A stretch of 52,588 bases of DNA, from assembly GCA_001938485.1 (NCBI GenBank), contig MQRK01254919.1:1-52588 (forward strand), read 5' to 3'. This document shows, one piece after another, positions 13,131-26,821 of this stretch (position 1 is the stretch's first letter; the number at the start of each line of letters is the position of its first letter). A program made the position numbers and the translations under genes. The notes beneath the pieces are model-generated. The model made no database searches, was not told where the DNA came from, and worked only from the letters and a program-made list of their open reading frames with translations. The DNA comes from Girardia tigrina (taxonomy: Eukaryota).

Positions 13131-14238
13131 GATATTATTATTTATATTTAGAATTTCAAAATCTGGTTTATGTAACTGAAATATTGTTCCTCATAAATTT
13201 GTTTTAGTAATGAAGTTGTATTAGAAATAAAGTTTGCAAATTATGACTTTGGATTTTAATCACGACCCAAATAAGGTTGATAGAAGAAGTATTAGAAGAA
13301 GAAGAATGGAAGAAGTATTTTATTTATCCGAATAATTTGCTGAATTCAATTTCCAATTTAGAATATCTCTGAAAATTTATTGAATATTTTTCGAGTTAAA
13401 CCTTCACTAATAACGATACTCATTCAGTTAAAAAAAAATAAAATAACAAAAGGTTTATGTTTATTCCCCATTAGTATTATTATCACAATATATGTAGTAT
13501 CTTGTGAAGTGTTTTTAATTAGGTCCTACAATTTTCAAATTAATGAAAAAGTGATACTCTCAACTGCTTTATTAAAAATATTTAATAATAATATTTAAAT
13601 AAAAAGTAAACTAGCAAATCAAAAAAAATATTTGCTAAAAAACAACACTTTGAGTGAATAAAAGTCTCTCAAAAATCGAATAACAAATTCAAAATTTTTA
13701 ACAATTTAATCGGTTCTGAATCAATATTTTGAGTCCACAAGTCGAACAAATGGCCCAATCGAGATGGTTAGAGTAAAAAAACTGATCAGTCAAGAACAGC
13801 ATTTTAATGTGTTTTGGTGTGGTAAAACTAAGGGGTCATGGTAGAATCTTGAAATATTCGGTCCGACTAGAAATCCTTTGACCAAATAATTTGATGTTGA
13901 TTGCTGATCTGGATAGCCTCGTTTTTAAATACCGTTTCCGCACCTTAAAAAACCAAAATGTTGTTTTTTAACACGAGAAAATTATAGAAAAGAGTGAAGT
14001 ACAAGGAGTCTAGAAAGTCAATATTTTTTTTGAAAATCCCTTATGAATTTCTTATACATTTTTTTAATTAAATCATGTATTTTCATTCGAATTATACATT
14101 AAGACAAAATTTCAGTTCAATCTAACCGTGGGAAGTGAGTTAAGTATCGTTTAAAAACCGTGACACACACATGCATGTAGGAAGTAAGTTAATATAAGTA
14201 TTGTAAAAAGCGATTACATAAATGTTATATATTCATTA

Positions 14239-15045
14239 CAGTAGACTCCCGTATAACGCGATTAATACGATACGTGTTGTATGAAACAACGTTGAACGAA
14301 GAAAAACTTGTATAACGTGAACGATTTTTACATGTAAAAATACATCATATAAAATGAGATATTAGAAAAATATACTATTCATTAAAACAAAACTATGTAT
14401 ATGTTATTTCATATGAAAATGTACATATTATATAAAAATATAATTTAAAAAATTAATTCATTATATTTATTTTGTATTGAAGTTAAAGACATCTTCAAAA
14501 TACATTAATTATTGTCCATTAAACACTATAGGTTGACCACTAGTCACTATCTGTGTCATCCAAAATTACGTTCCATCGACGTCAATTCACTAGAAGTGGG
14601 TGTTTATTTTCTTTTTGTATTTCTTAAAAATTAATTGATTGATTTTGAACAATATTATTTACTTAATTATTGAATTTATCTTTTTGAGTGGTTTTATTGG
14701 GTGAAACGTAACTTTTTAATAGTTCTGAATTTAAAATATGGAGCAAGACATTCTTGAGATTCCCTTTTAAATTGCATAGAGCGCTCTATTGATGAATCCT
14801 TATTTGTGATATATGCGCCTAATTGTTTACCCAATTCAAGTCTTTTGTTGAGCTGTTCTGATGTAAAATTTGTTATTGTACAAATGCATATGCAATTAAA
14901 TTGACAAAGCAATATAAACTATTTCGTTAAAACACAAAAAATATAAAAACGCGTTTACATTAAAATTAAATGTATGTACAGTGTTTAAAAGTGAAATTCC
15001 CGTGTTTTATTCTATAACGCGTTATAGGGGAATCGCGTTAAATGA
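14239..15045 (-). mobile_element. Tigger/pogo-like remnant
   Basis: TA|CAGTAGACTCCCGTATAACGCG terminus with repeated TATAACG(C/T)G subterminal motifs. The peptide DSSIERSMQFKR...LAPY resembles Tigger C-termini. Confidence 0.5.
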
Positions 15046-18000
15046 ATAAACTCATCGCTCTTTTTGAAGGCATTGTATGAAATCGTGTTGTATAAACTCT
15101 GAAAAACATTAATCACTTGTTTTGAGAATAAATCCTTTGAATAGCTTTTGATGTTTTACTAGAAAAACATTATTAAATAACTCTACTCAAAAATATATGA
15201 AGAAATTGATCAAATGTCCTGATAATAAAAGTTTTCACTGGCATTTGGATGTTCATAAAATGGATATGCCATTGTTTGTTAATAATAACTTAATCTTTTA
15301 CCTAAAATTGGTTTTAGGTTCCTTTCATCAATTAGATTTTCCTCGATTCTATAAGGAACGGAGCTGTTACGTAAACCGAAGGTAGGTTCTATTCCTTAAT
15401 ACATTCATGTCCCACCATCTCACTAACTCATTTCAGTGAAATGGAAATTAATAATAATTTTTCATACATTTGATATTGGGTCCCGTGAAATGAAAAGGAA
15501 TGCGATCTTTGACCACATTGGGAAAACAAGATATTTGTGTATGAGTCCTTTGTGCATTTAGAAAAGAATAACTTATTTTAATTCACTTCATAAGTTTTCT
15601 TTTAACATTAACTTTAAATAGTTTATTATTTTGAACCAATCTATTATATTGTACTTTTTTGCATTGATTTACCAAAACCAGAACGAAATTTCTGACTATT
15701 TTCTCCTCTTCGTTTTGGATGTTACTGAAAGATTTCTATCGTTTCCACCATTAATTTTAACTGAGTTTTTCAGTGCTTTATATGCACCAACACTCCTTGG
15801 ACTCCATAAAAAAAACAGAAACATCCGGTGGTGTGACACTCCTGATTTCATTTTTAATAATGGATTCCTTTTAAATAATGTCCACTCTGAGGAATTCTTT
15901 TTATACTCTATGATATAAGTACTAAGTTGGGCATCATCTGCTTTGAAGTATAATGCACTAGGAACCGGTCTTTTTGGGGCGGTTTTTTGCGCAGAATTTT
16001 TCGGAATTTTTTTCGAAAGAATTATTTATTTTTTAGTGCATACATATTAATAAACTTCGAATTAAACATAAAGGTTTCAAATTCATTTAAAACGGGAAGA
16101 AGTCAAAATTTGTTTGATTTCTCTTCTTTGGACTTTCAACTGTTGTAAGAAGTTTACTTTTTCCTGAGATTTCATTATCTTTTCTTTTATTTAACACAAA
16201 TTTAAAATTTATACAGTTGTATTTGTGTTTTTTTTCTCCTCATTCAACAGAATATAATTAATATTTAACTCATTTATTGACATACGGAATTTCTGTAGTC
16301 AGATTCTTACATTAATTTGATTTATTTCTTTTTATTTCTTTCACAAAATTATTTATTCATAATTACAATTCAGATCATTAATAGAGAATGGCTTCCCGAT
16401 CGGTCCATTAAAGGAGGCAAACGATAAACAATTAATGGCAGAATCGTATAATATAATATGCAGAGGTTGTATTATATTTGTACTCCTACAATTTAATGAA
16501 AATATTTTTTTAATTTTCTATTTATTTATACAATAATATACAATTCCCAAGAAAGAATTTCATTTTTGCAAAGAAAATCAACATTAATAGTTATAATTTT
16601 ATGTTAAATGTGTGGTAAACTAAATTTTAAAACTACTTTTATATGAAAACCGCAATTTCTGATCAATACATAATTATGTCATTCGGGTGCTTCTGTGGAG
16701 TTTATTTTTAAAGAGTATTCATGGTAAAAATTAATTAATTAATAACTGTAAAAAATATTATGTGAAGTCGTTGTTTTACTAGATGCAATGTTGACTTTTA
16801 AGAAAATGATTTAAAAACTGTTTTAAGGAAATGATGAATACAATTTGATTCGATTGACTTCGTTCATTCTATGCTCTATTCTAATGTCTATTATAAATAC
16901 CAGTATGTCAAATCATTGTTACGTTTCAATTAAAAAATGTCTGAGGATGTTCTATGCAGACTGAAAAACTTTTACAATGATCAACGATTACGGTTGTTTT
17001 GGGAGTAATGTAAATATTATGAAGTGGAGGCATTGTAGCGGTCGATCAGTAAACATAAATATAATCCTCAAACAGCAAACCCAATCTTACCAACTGTAAC
17101 TGCTCAAAATGTTTATACAATCGTCTAAATCTGACAAATTCTTCATGGATCAGGGGAATAGCGAGCAAGGTCGGCAATCAATATTCACAGATCACTCGGT
17201 CGAAACAACAAACCGAATTAATTGTCAAATGTTTATTGGACAATTACGAATCCGTAATTATTAAGATAATAAAGGCTTTAGACCAGCAGATATAGCTTCA
17301 ACAAGAAAATTAATTCGTTATATAAAAATTATACCTCAAAAACAAGAAGTTGTATCAGTTTCGAAAGAAGTAGTTTAGGCTATTGCTTAGGTAATGGCAT
17401 CTGTTAATAAAGACACTAATTCAACTGGATTAAAGCACAGGAAACAAAAGTCTTCAGTTAATAGCAAAACAAAAAAAAGATGATGGAAAAAATTCGAAAG
17501 GATCTATTAAAAAGCAATTAATCAGTCGTTATTACAGATTCACCAACTAGAAAAATTGAAAAGTTGCTCAAAGTAATTGTTGATGATTGGTTTCGACATA
17601 CTTGATCATTTAAGCTAACCACAAAAAATAAATCACATGAATTCAAATCAGCTACTAATCGATCCCATATCCCCTTTTAACTTCAGTATCGAATCTAATG
17701 AAGCACTTATTAAAATTTTATGAAAGAAAAATCAACAAAATCTTGAGTGCGACGAGATACAGAAATGTTGGGATTGTATATTGTAGATAACAATATTTTT
17801 TTATTTTGTTTTTATTGATTATGCATAACATTATTTTATTTCTATTTAATTATTTATTATTTTGTTATGAATAAATGTTTTATAATAATAACACGATGAT
17901 GTTATTATTATGTTTTATTTATATTTTAACGATGAAGAATTACATTAAATATTATAAACTATCTATTATTTATATTCAAAGAATTTGAATTATATTTAAA

Positions 18001-18725
18001 TAATATAAACTATGTCGTACCACATAAGCCAGGCATACTTTTAAGTTAAGCCACTCATTCTTTTACGTTACGCATTTCGTCACAAGTATAAAAGGAATTA
18101 ACAGACAGAAAACAACGACAATTATTACAATTTTTACAGGTAAAAAACATTTAGAAATAAGGAAAATTATTATAATTTTTACAGATTCCGACGTCTCAGT
18201 CTTCGGCCAATAAATTTTACAAGAATCGAGAATTGTTTCAATAAGAAGATTTGAATTGAGCATTTGTTCCAATAAGAAAATTAGAATTGATTATTACGTT
18301 TGGAATCAAAGTTATTAACGTTGATAACGAGCTCTGAGGATTGACATTAGTTATGCATTGGTGAGGGTTTATAAATTTCGATATCGTTTCGCATAAAATT
18401 AATAACTTAATTCTTTGAAATTTCTGATTTATTGATCCTTTCATCCTAAAAAAGGTATTAGTTCGGAGGTGTTTGAGGAGGTTCTGAGACTCTGATAGTA
18501 TCTTCATACTGCTCTATCCGAATGATTGAACTCAAATGATTTATCATCCCGATTCTAAGCTTCATCGCATTCTTGCTCAATCTGATTGATTCATCAGGCA
18601 TCATTAAAAATATATCTTAACATCGAGCAGGAGTACCGCCGATCAGCCTGACGTCCTTAACACCCCGAATATTAAGTAGCCTTGTAAGTGGATAACACGC
18701 CCAACTTATATAATGAATTTACTTA

Positions 18726-18786
18726 TCGCATTTCTTAACTGTATTTCGACCAGCTTTCAGGCCCTTTCGTCCGGAGACAGACGCAA
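18726..18786 (-). ncRNA. Degenerate hammerhead-like motif
   Basis: Minus strand reads CGGACGA (core U4 changed to G), then GGCC/GGTC stem II, then GAAA TACAG TT. A bulged stem I can form from TTGCGTCTGTCT / AGAAATGCGA. Confidence 0.4.
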
Positions 18787-19816
18787 ATTCTCGTTTTAGT
18801 TTCGCAGGGACACTATGTGAAAGTATATCTGACTAGTTCGCACAGATTACCGATGTTACAGGTCCCTTGATTTTATTAAAACGAATTTATAACTTAATTA
18901 TTTTCGCATTATGTCAAGAGTAAATAGTTTTTAAAATTTCAGTTATTGTGTTGATACTATTGTTATAATGTTACTATAAACATTCATGTTTTCAGTTTAT
19001 AAGATAAAATGGTTTTGTATCATTATTGCAATTATACTTTCAATTGTTTCTACTAATTTATCGTCAATTTTAAATGGTCTCTTCCTTATTTACAAACATA
19101 ATACATCATAATTGTTATTAATGTTTAGGTATAGTTAAAAAGAATAGTTATTAGTTGAAGTAGTAATTAATAAATAATCTCAAAATAACACTATTTACAG
19201 ATACTTTCTTATTGGCGTAAGGTATAATTCAAAAGGTTTTTCAGTTTTACAGGATTCAAAATGAGTTACAAACATCACAAGGTTGAAAGGAAATGAACAT
19301 TACCATTAATCGATTCAAGGGGTATTCAGATTATTCTTCACTATAAAAGAAAAATAAATCTAATATTAAATAATGAAATATTTACTTAGAACACTATTCT
19401 GAAGACATCAGAAAATCAGAGGTAAAGGGTTATCAAATTTAAAGTAACAAAAGGAAACTCTTGCGTAGTGAAAGAAGAATTATCGCTTATATTATAAAAC
19501 TGCAACAGAAGTCCCTCTTAGAGGATGTAGCTTCGAATTCAAGAAAACAGGATGTCCCATTTGCTTCGCCACACGAAATATCTCCTAGACAATTAACCAA
19601 AACAAAACGGCGTCACAAATATATTAAAATTTTGAACGAACATTTAAAAATTAATTTTATTTTTATATGTGGGCGTTTTCAAGATTGTATCAATGTATAT
19701 TTTGTTTATTACATTTTTTGGTTATTTATTTTGTATATTATAAACCTATAATTTGTTTAATCCTAGATTCATATTCTTCGTAACAAAAAACTCCAAACGG
19801 CTTGTTTTAAACATTA

Positions 19817-21003
19817 CAGGGTGCGGCAGCTATTTGAGAACAAAATGACATAAAGTTCAAAAAATGAATATACAACAGAAAAATAACATTTATTACAATT
19901 TAAAATTTTACATATATTAACACGNNNNNNNNNNNNNNNNNNNNNNNNNNNNNNNNNNNNNNNNNNNNNNNNNNNNNNNNNNNNNNNNNNNNNNNNNNNN
20001 NNNNNNNNNNNNNNNNNNNNNNNNNNNNNNNNNNNNNNNNNNNNNNNNNNNNNNNNNNNNNNNNNNNNNNNNNNNNNNNNNNNNNNNNNNNNNNNNNNNN
20101 NNNNNNNNNNNNNNNNNNNNNNNNNNNNNNNNNNNNNNNNNNNNNNNNNNNNNNNNNNNNNNNNNNNNNNNNNNNNNNNNNNNNNNNNNNNNNNNNNNNN
20201 NNNNNNNNNNNNNNNNNNNNNNNNNNNNNNNNNNNNNNNNNNNNNNNNNNNNNNNNNNNNNNNNNNNNNNNNNNNNNNNNNNNNNNNNNNNNNNNNNNNN
20301 NNNNNNNNNNNNNNNNNNNNNNNNNNNNNNNNNNNNNNNNNNNNNNNNNNNNNNNNNNNNNNNNNNNNNNNNNNNNNNNNNNNNNNNNNNNNNNNNNNNN
20401 NNNNNNNNNNNNNNNNNNNNNNNNNNNNNNNNNNNNNNNNNNNNNNNNNNNNNNNNNNNNNNNNNNNNNNNNNNNNNNNNNNNNNNNNNNNNNNNNNNNN
20501 NNNNNNNNNNNNNNNNNNNNNNNNNNNNNNNNNNNNNNNNNNNNNNNNNNNNNNNNNNNNNNNNNNNNNNNNNNNNNNNNNNNNNNNNNNNNNNNNNNNN
20601 NNNNNNNNNNNNNNNNNNNNNNNNNNNNNNNNNNNNNNNNNNNNNNNNNNNNNNNNNNNNNNNNNNNNNNNNNNNNNNNNNNNNNNNNNNNNNNNNNNNN
20701 NNNNNNNNNNNNNNNNNNNNNNNNNNNNNNNNNNNNNNNNNNNNNNNNNNNNNNNNNNNNNNNNNNNNNNNNNNNNNNNNNNNNNNNNNNNNNNNNNNNN
20801 NNNNNNNNNNNNNNNNNNNNNNNNNNNNNNNNNNNNNNNNNNNNNNNNNNNNNNNNNNNNNNNNNNNNNNNNNNNNNNNNNNNNNNNNNNNTCGTAAGAG
20901 TAGCTTCTGCCATGTCTACCAGCAAAAATAAAATTATGTAATTATAACACACAAAAAGATATGGTGTCTATATTACGTGTTCTCAAATAGCTGCCGCACC
21001 CTG
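19817..21003 (-). mobile_element. Young Tc1/mariner-type element whose interior is an assembly gap
   Basis: Perfect 26-bp TIRs CAGGGTGCGGCAGCTATTTGAGAACA, flanked by TA on both sides. Ns run 19925-20891. A possible start MAEATLT lies at about 20913 on the minus strand. Confidence 0.85.
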
Positions 21004-21719
21004 TAGTAATTGAATTTCCAATGTTTATTTCAAGATTAGACTTGGTTTTGCGAAAAAGTTATTGTAAATCATGGGTGGGTAAATGTTTTCATTATTGGGC
21101 CGAATGATCTTTAAAAACTTTTGACGTGGGCCTGAGATACATTTCATTCCGTTTCACCTATCACGAAAAACGGTCTTATATTAAATTATGTTTGTTTCCC
21201 TAAAAATCAATTATTAATAAAATAAAAGAAAATATAGTTAACATTTTTATTAACATAATAATAAATTCGTAACCAACATCATAAAAACATAATTAATAAA
21301 AAAATATACATAGCTACTTCAGACATTAATGTGAATAATGGTCTTTATTTAAAATACCTTCAAAATTTGGATTAAATCTGCTGGTGGCTATTGTAGTGCC
21401 CGCTTATTTTTTTATTTATAACAAAATCTGCATATGAATATCTATTTTTGTGTGTGGTGTTATAAACAAAATCATTTTTGTATTTTGAATGGGTTTGATT
21501 TTTTTTATTTATGTAAATAATAATTAGAGAGGACAACTGAGAAAAGAAAGAATCAATAACAGAAGATGAAATTAGGAAGATAATAAAATTATATATTAGC
21601 AGAATTATATATAATATAATAATAATAATAATAATATTAAGATTATTATTATAATATAATTAGAATTATTATAATAAAAAAATCAATAAAAAACAATTCA
21701 AGATTCAATATAATAATTT

Positions 21720-23780
21720 AAAGCCAAAATATTAGAAACCACTCTCACCAAGTTTCAACCGAGGAACTCTAAGAATCAAGTCATCTTCAAAGTTTCGGAT
21801 CTGTATTTATCTTTGTGAAAATTCGTGAACCGCTCTATACAATTATTTATTTTGTTGAAGATCAATTTTGGACAATAATAAAGTAACATTTTTACTTATT
21901 GAATTCCCTAGAACTGATTTTCATTTTTTTTGGTGATATCCTTCGTTTTATCCTTCTGTTGTATTGTTACTAATATAATCATTTTAACTCAACGTATTGA
22001 TTTTATTTTTATTTATATTCGTAAGTGGATTAAAAATTCGGTTCATCCTACATTTAATCCACTTCAGCTATTCTTAACACCACTTTCAAATTTTCGTCAC
22101 TTATCCTCAATCGTACGCTGCTCTTAAAATTTTTCATTTAAGAAAATGTAGCTTTGCGAATGTGCGTCGAACCAAAACAAGTTAAATATTTTTGTGCAAT
22201 TTCTCTTAAATTTTTAAATATTTGGTTTAAAGAGACATAAAAACCAGTTATTTCTTTTTCAAGAAATTGATCTTTCAGCATTCAATTTGATTGTAATGTT
22301 ATTAACTCTAACTGTACACATAGGGTGCATCATTAACTTTAAATGAAAATGGTAAACTTACTAAAGATATAAATCAATTATCCTACATAATAAACTCCCA
22401 TTCATTTGTAATTTGCGCATAGCCAGATCCAACGGCTGGGGTTTGTACACTCCTATTGTAAATGGTAATGAATCTTTATTTAGACATAACTCAAAGAAGA
22501 AGGAAGACATTTCAGGGAATTTGAGTGTTGGGAATATGTGATAAAAGTTATATCCTGCCAAGAGGAAGTTTGAGATCAGTTGAAAATATATCAGCGTAAA
22601 CATTTTGTCTATTGTAGTGTCCTCTCGTTCGCACATATAATAGTATAATAAATAAATAATACATAATATTTTCTTTATATCTGTAGGTTGCACGGGATCA
22701 GTACTATTTGTGGAGCAATTCTTTAATCTACCACCCTAAATTGTTGGCCTCAACAGACCCATGCATAAATAAAAATAATTAAGTTAAATTAATTAATTAA
22801 TTAGTTTCTAAACGACGATAATTTGCCGTCAAATGATTATTAGAATTGATGAAATGAAATATTCAAAAAAAAAGAATAGATAAAAATAAGGGAATAATAC
22901 TAGAGGAGCAATCAGTCGTTGAACATTCTGGACATTCAGGAGAATCTCGATTGCTTTTCTCATTCCAAATCAATTTTTACAAAGCCGAATCGTGAATTAA
23001 AAGACGAATTCAACGAACTTTATAATTACTGAAGCAAGAATAAAAGATTAAAGAAAAAACTTCTGAATCATCTAACTTTCAAAACCCAATTTGATGAACC
23101 TGGATTATATCCATTGAAAATCTTCAAATAAAATAATTTTACCCACAAATATATTTGATCCTCTTAATTTTTGATATTCAATTAAATTAAGAACTTCTAA
23201 AAGTTAATTCCTGGACATGTTGAAGTAACTAATCTTAGTTGAGTTATTGTTGATTCCTTACTTAAACTATTTCTTTTTTTAAGTTATTGCTTGCTTGTTT
23301 TTATCCTTCAATTAAATTGCTGTTGACATTCCAATTGTTGTAATTCTCATTAACCGATTTTTTCTATTATTATATTTATTTACAAAGTTAAAGGAAATTC
23401 GGAAATCACTTTGTTCATTTTCTAAGTTTCTTTATCTAGTATTTTAAGAACCCATTTGAGAAGGTTAATTTGTTTTAAACGATGTTTGGAGCTTATAAAA
23501 TGGAGTACCTAAATTACATATGATTCATCTTTCTTTCTTAAGATGTTACTTTTATGTATGTCAGTTATTTAATTTTACTTAAAGTATTACAATGGACTTG
23601 CAATAAAAAATCAAATTATTCTTCATTATAATGACTTAAAGGAAAACATTAATGAAACAATTCAATTGTATTTTGGCAGTTTCTTAAGAGAAGTTGACCT
23701 TTATTTCTTTTCATCAAGAAGTAAATGAGTTCAAAATAAATACAAAAAAATGTTATTATTATTTTTTGACGAAATCACTT
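21720..23780 (-). mobile_element. Possible highly decayed gypsy pol
   Basis: Scattered fragments (IEYQKLRGSN, ECPEC) occur in RNaseH-then-integrase order. There is no intact motif. Confidence 0.25.
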
Positions 23781-23829
23781 TTATAAACAATTAGGAAATA
23801 AACTACCACTGCTTTTATGTTTTTTAGAC

Positions 23830-24580
23830 CTCAATAAACGTATTTTGTGGGCCTCCCATCTCTTTCGAATGGTATTGAGCCACTAGGCTCTTTATAGGGT
23901 CCACCCAATTTAAAGAGTGCTAGCTGTCCCCCGATAGGCCTTCTACCGGGTCGGATTACTTCAGTCTCCGAGATCTCTTTGGCTTCCCTGTTACAGACGA
24001 CCAATCATGTACTGTAGTACCATGATTGAGCATCCCATTGGCTGTGTTAGTGGACTTAGAACTGCCGCGAAAGGGGCACTTGAACTCTCCCCTCGCTGTT
24101 GAGTTAGTGATCCTAAAAGACAAGTGCGTATCTTCGGGATTAATCGTTTGCTCCACCACCATTGAGATAGTCGGAGGTTCTGTCGCTAACCGAGAATTGG
24201 TAGTTGGTATATCTTGTGGTGTATCTGCTTCCGATGTATTGCTTCCTTCATTTGTTACACATGTTGTCAGTTGAATTTGATTTTCTTCCTTTCTGTTCAT
24301 GTCTATTCTGTGATCCTTATTCAGATGTCTTATTAGCAATTCTCTTGTCTTATAGCTTTTTTTTGCATTTGTTGCATTTAAACTTGTTAACTCCGTCCGG
24401 TGTTTCTTGATCACCTCTCTCAATGTGATCAAGAACTTCATGTGCCTGTTTAGTTCCTTTGCTTCCGTAAACTCTTTGAAGCAGACGTCTATAAGGCATT
24501 GAATTATCTTTCTCTCTCGGGCAGATAAGTTTGGGTAAACTTGTTGCTGTGGATTCCGATCTTCCTTTCCTAATGAGTTC
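23830..24580 (-). pseudogene. Decayed ORF with three C2H2 zinc fingers, resembling the N-terminus of an R2/NeSL-type non-LTR retrotransposon
   Basis: CLIDVCFKEFTEAKELNRHMK; FKCNKCKK/SYKTRELLIRHLNKDH (frameshift in an A run); FKCPFRGSSKSTNTANGMLNHGTTVH. It is intronless with a Thr/Ser-rich spacer, and no RT is visible. Confidence 0.55.
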
Positions 24581-26821
24581 AGCTATGTATGTGCTCTGTG
24601 AAATGGTGGGGTCTCATCGAATAATGTGTTGTATAAATTCATTGTAATCAGCATCTTCACCGAATAGTCATTTCCCATCGACACGGAGACGTTACATTCA
24701 AAGTAACGTCTGAAACGTATATTAAATAATGTGTCACTTTTACTATGAAACCTTAAATTGAGAAGAATATCAAAAAATTTTAGAACATAAATTATCAATA
24801 TTTCTAAAAAATCTAAACTAGTATTTCCGGCCTTATTATTTGCATCAGGTGTAAAAGGTGATATATCAAGATAGGACTGTTATACAACTGTACTGGATCA
24901 CCTTTTTCAGCGTTATGATAAACTCAGGAAAATATGAAAGAAAAAATTTTAAAAGTCATCTGGTAGTATCTCATCTAAAAATATTATAATTTCCTTGAAA
25001 AGAAACAATGACTTTCTACAGAAAGACTCGGAAATATATGTACATAGCCAGGAAGGAAATGGTAACTATAATTTATAGTGATTTATAATGTTAACCGAAA
25101 TCAGTATTTAATTCTAACAAATTGGTTTTTCTTTATTTGAACAAGTCTTGAAAATGGTATTTCGACACTCTTCTTGGCAATCTTCTACAGTTTTTCAAAA
25201 AACTATGTAAAATATTTCTTGTGGCCGACATGATTTTTCTTGATCAAAAATGGAGATACAACGCCCTTTAAACTCTCTCACCCAATATTTAAAAGTTGTC
25301 AGAGACAAGGAGTCATGTAGGTAATTATTGAAGTGATGTTAACCTAAATAATTTGAAAGCCGGTCAACAGGAGACTTTGGGCTGACTTGTTGCTGTCCGG
25401 ATTTTGTTTTGTCGCCGAAAAAAAATTTAAGGTCACACCTCATGATTTTTACTAATCGGTGGTGTGGAATCGGCGGTTCGTTTGAGAATGCCGTAAGTAG
25501 AATGAACGCCATGCTGGCTGATTAGAAAATTTGAAAACTCGTAGTTTTAAAATATTTATTTGAAATAATCAAACAAAATTATTATCTACATCATTTAATA
25601 TAAAGTTCTTTTTATTTTCGATTAATATGATCTGGTCCACTTGGATTTTTGATTGAGTTGGATTGTTCATTCATTTTTTGTTGTTGCGGAGTGGCAACGA
25701 ACGTAACAGTAAGTTTACTGGAATAGATCTTAGATTTCACTGTACATCTAATTCTGCAACACAAAGAACTCGATAACGCTGCGATATTCGAAGCCTAAAA
25801 TCATCGCTTTGACGAAAATTCAAAATGTCACAATAAAAATGTTAATGCATTTGATAAAATAAAATTATTACTGAAATTAAAACGTATATTATTTTATTAA
25901 TTTACACAGGAAAACTAAAATTTGCTATTACATTTTTTTTTACCTTAGGTGGGATTTTTACTATTGATGATTATTATTACCAAGTAAAATTATTTTATTC
26001 TTCTTTATATAAAACCATATTATAGAATTGTCGTCTTAACAGACTGCTGAGCAAGCGTAATGCATTACTTCTTGATAGGGATTCATAGATATTAAAACAT
26101 ATGAAGTTAATAGATATTATAACATATGAAATCGAGACAGGAAATGAGGAACTCTATTGCGCAAGAAGTAATAAAATTACTTTGACTTTTCTATCTTCTT
26201 ATTAAAATCTCGGTTAAAAAAGACATTAACTCCTAACAAGAATATTGCAAAAATAATGTAATTTATTTCAATTTCTTCATTAAATTTGATCTTAAAATAG
26301 TAAAATGTAATGCAGTACGGCTTTATAAATAATGAATATCAAAACTTATTATATATTTCTTGTCGAAGTCTAATGACATCCTCTCAATCACTGTAGGGAT
26401 TCTCGTCACTGGAATCTTGAAAATATTTAATATCCTGAATGAAGCTTAAAAAACACTTGATAATATATTTATATTGTGACTTATTTTCCATTAAAATATG
26501 CTGTTAACTTTAACACAATGAGGTCAGACATTATAGAGCAGTTGCCGTACAATACATTATAAAATAGAAAGAAAAACATCACAGAATAACTGAGATAAAT
26601 TTATTACACTTTGTTATTATCTTTCTATTTTCACAAAGGACGGTAATACACAGTATTTGAGTTTTAGAAAATGACCCCTTCCTAACTTATATAAAAGAGA
26701 TTTCAGAAAGAACTATACTTCCTTGTAAAATAAGAGGAACATTATTTATAATTTTATTATATATTAGTAATTTTGATCTATGCATTTAAAGTATAATAAT
26801 AATAATAAATAAAAAAACTGA

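Noticed and set aside
13560-14215. Possible Helitron/DINE-like non-autonomous repeat (also 40330-40520)
   Set aside because: The resemblance is only impressionistic, and I could not define termini or a hairpin.
19900-20952. 350-aa ORF in the track, and similar ORFs at 33.2-33.5 kb and 52.0-52.3 kb
   Set aside because: Their length is an artefact of N runs and (TA)n repeats.
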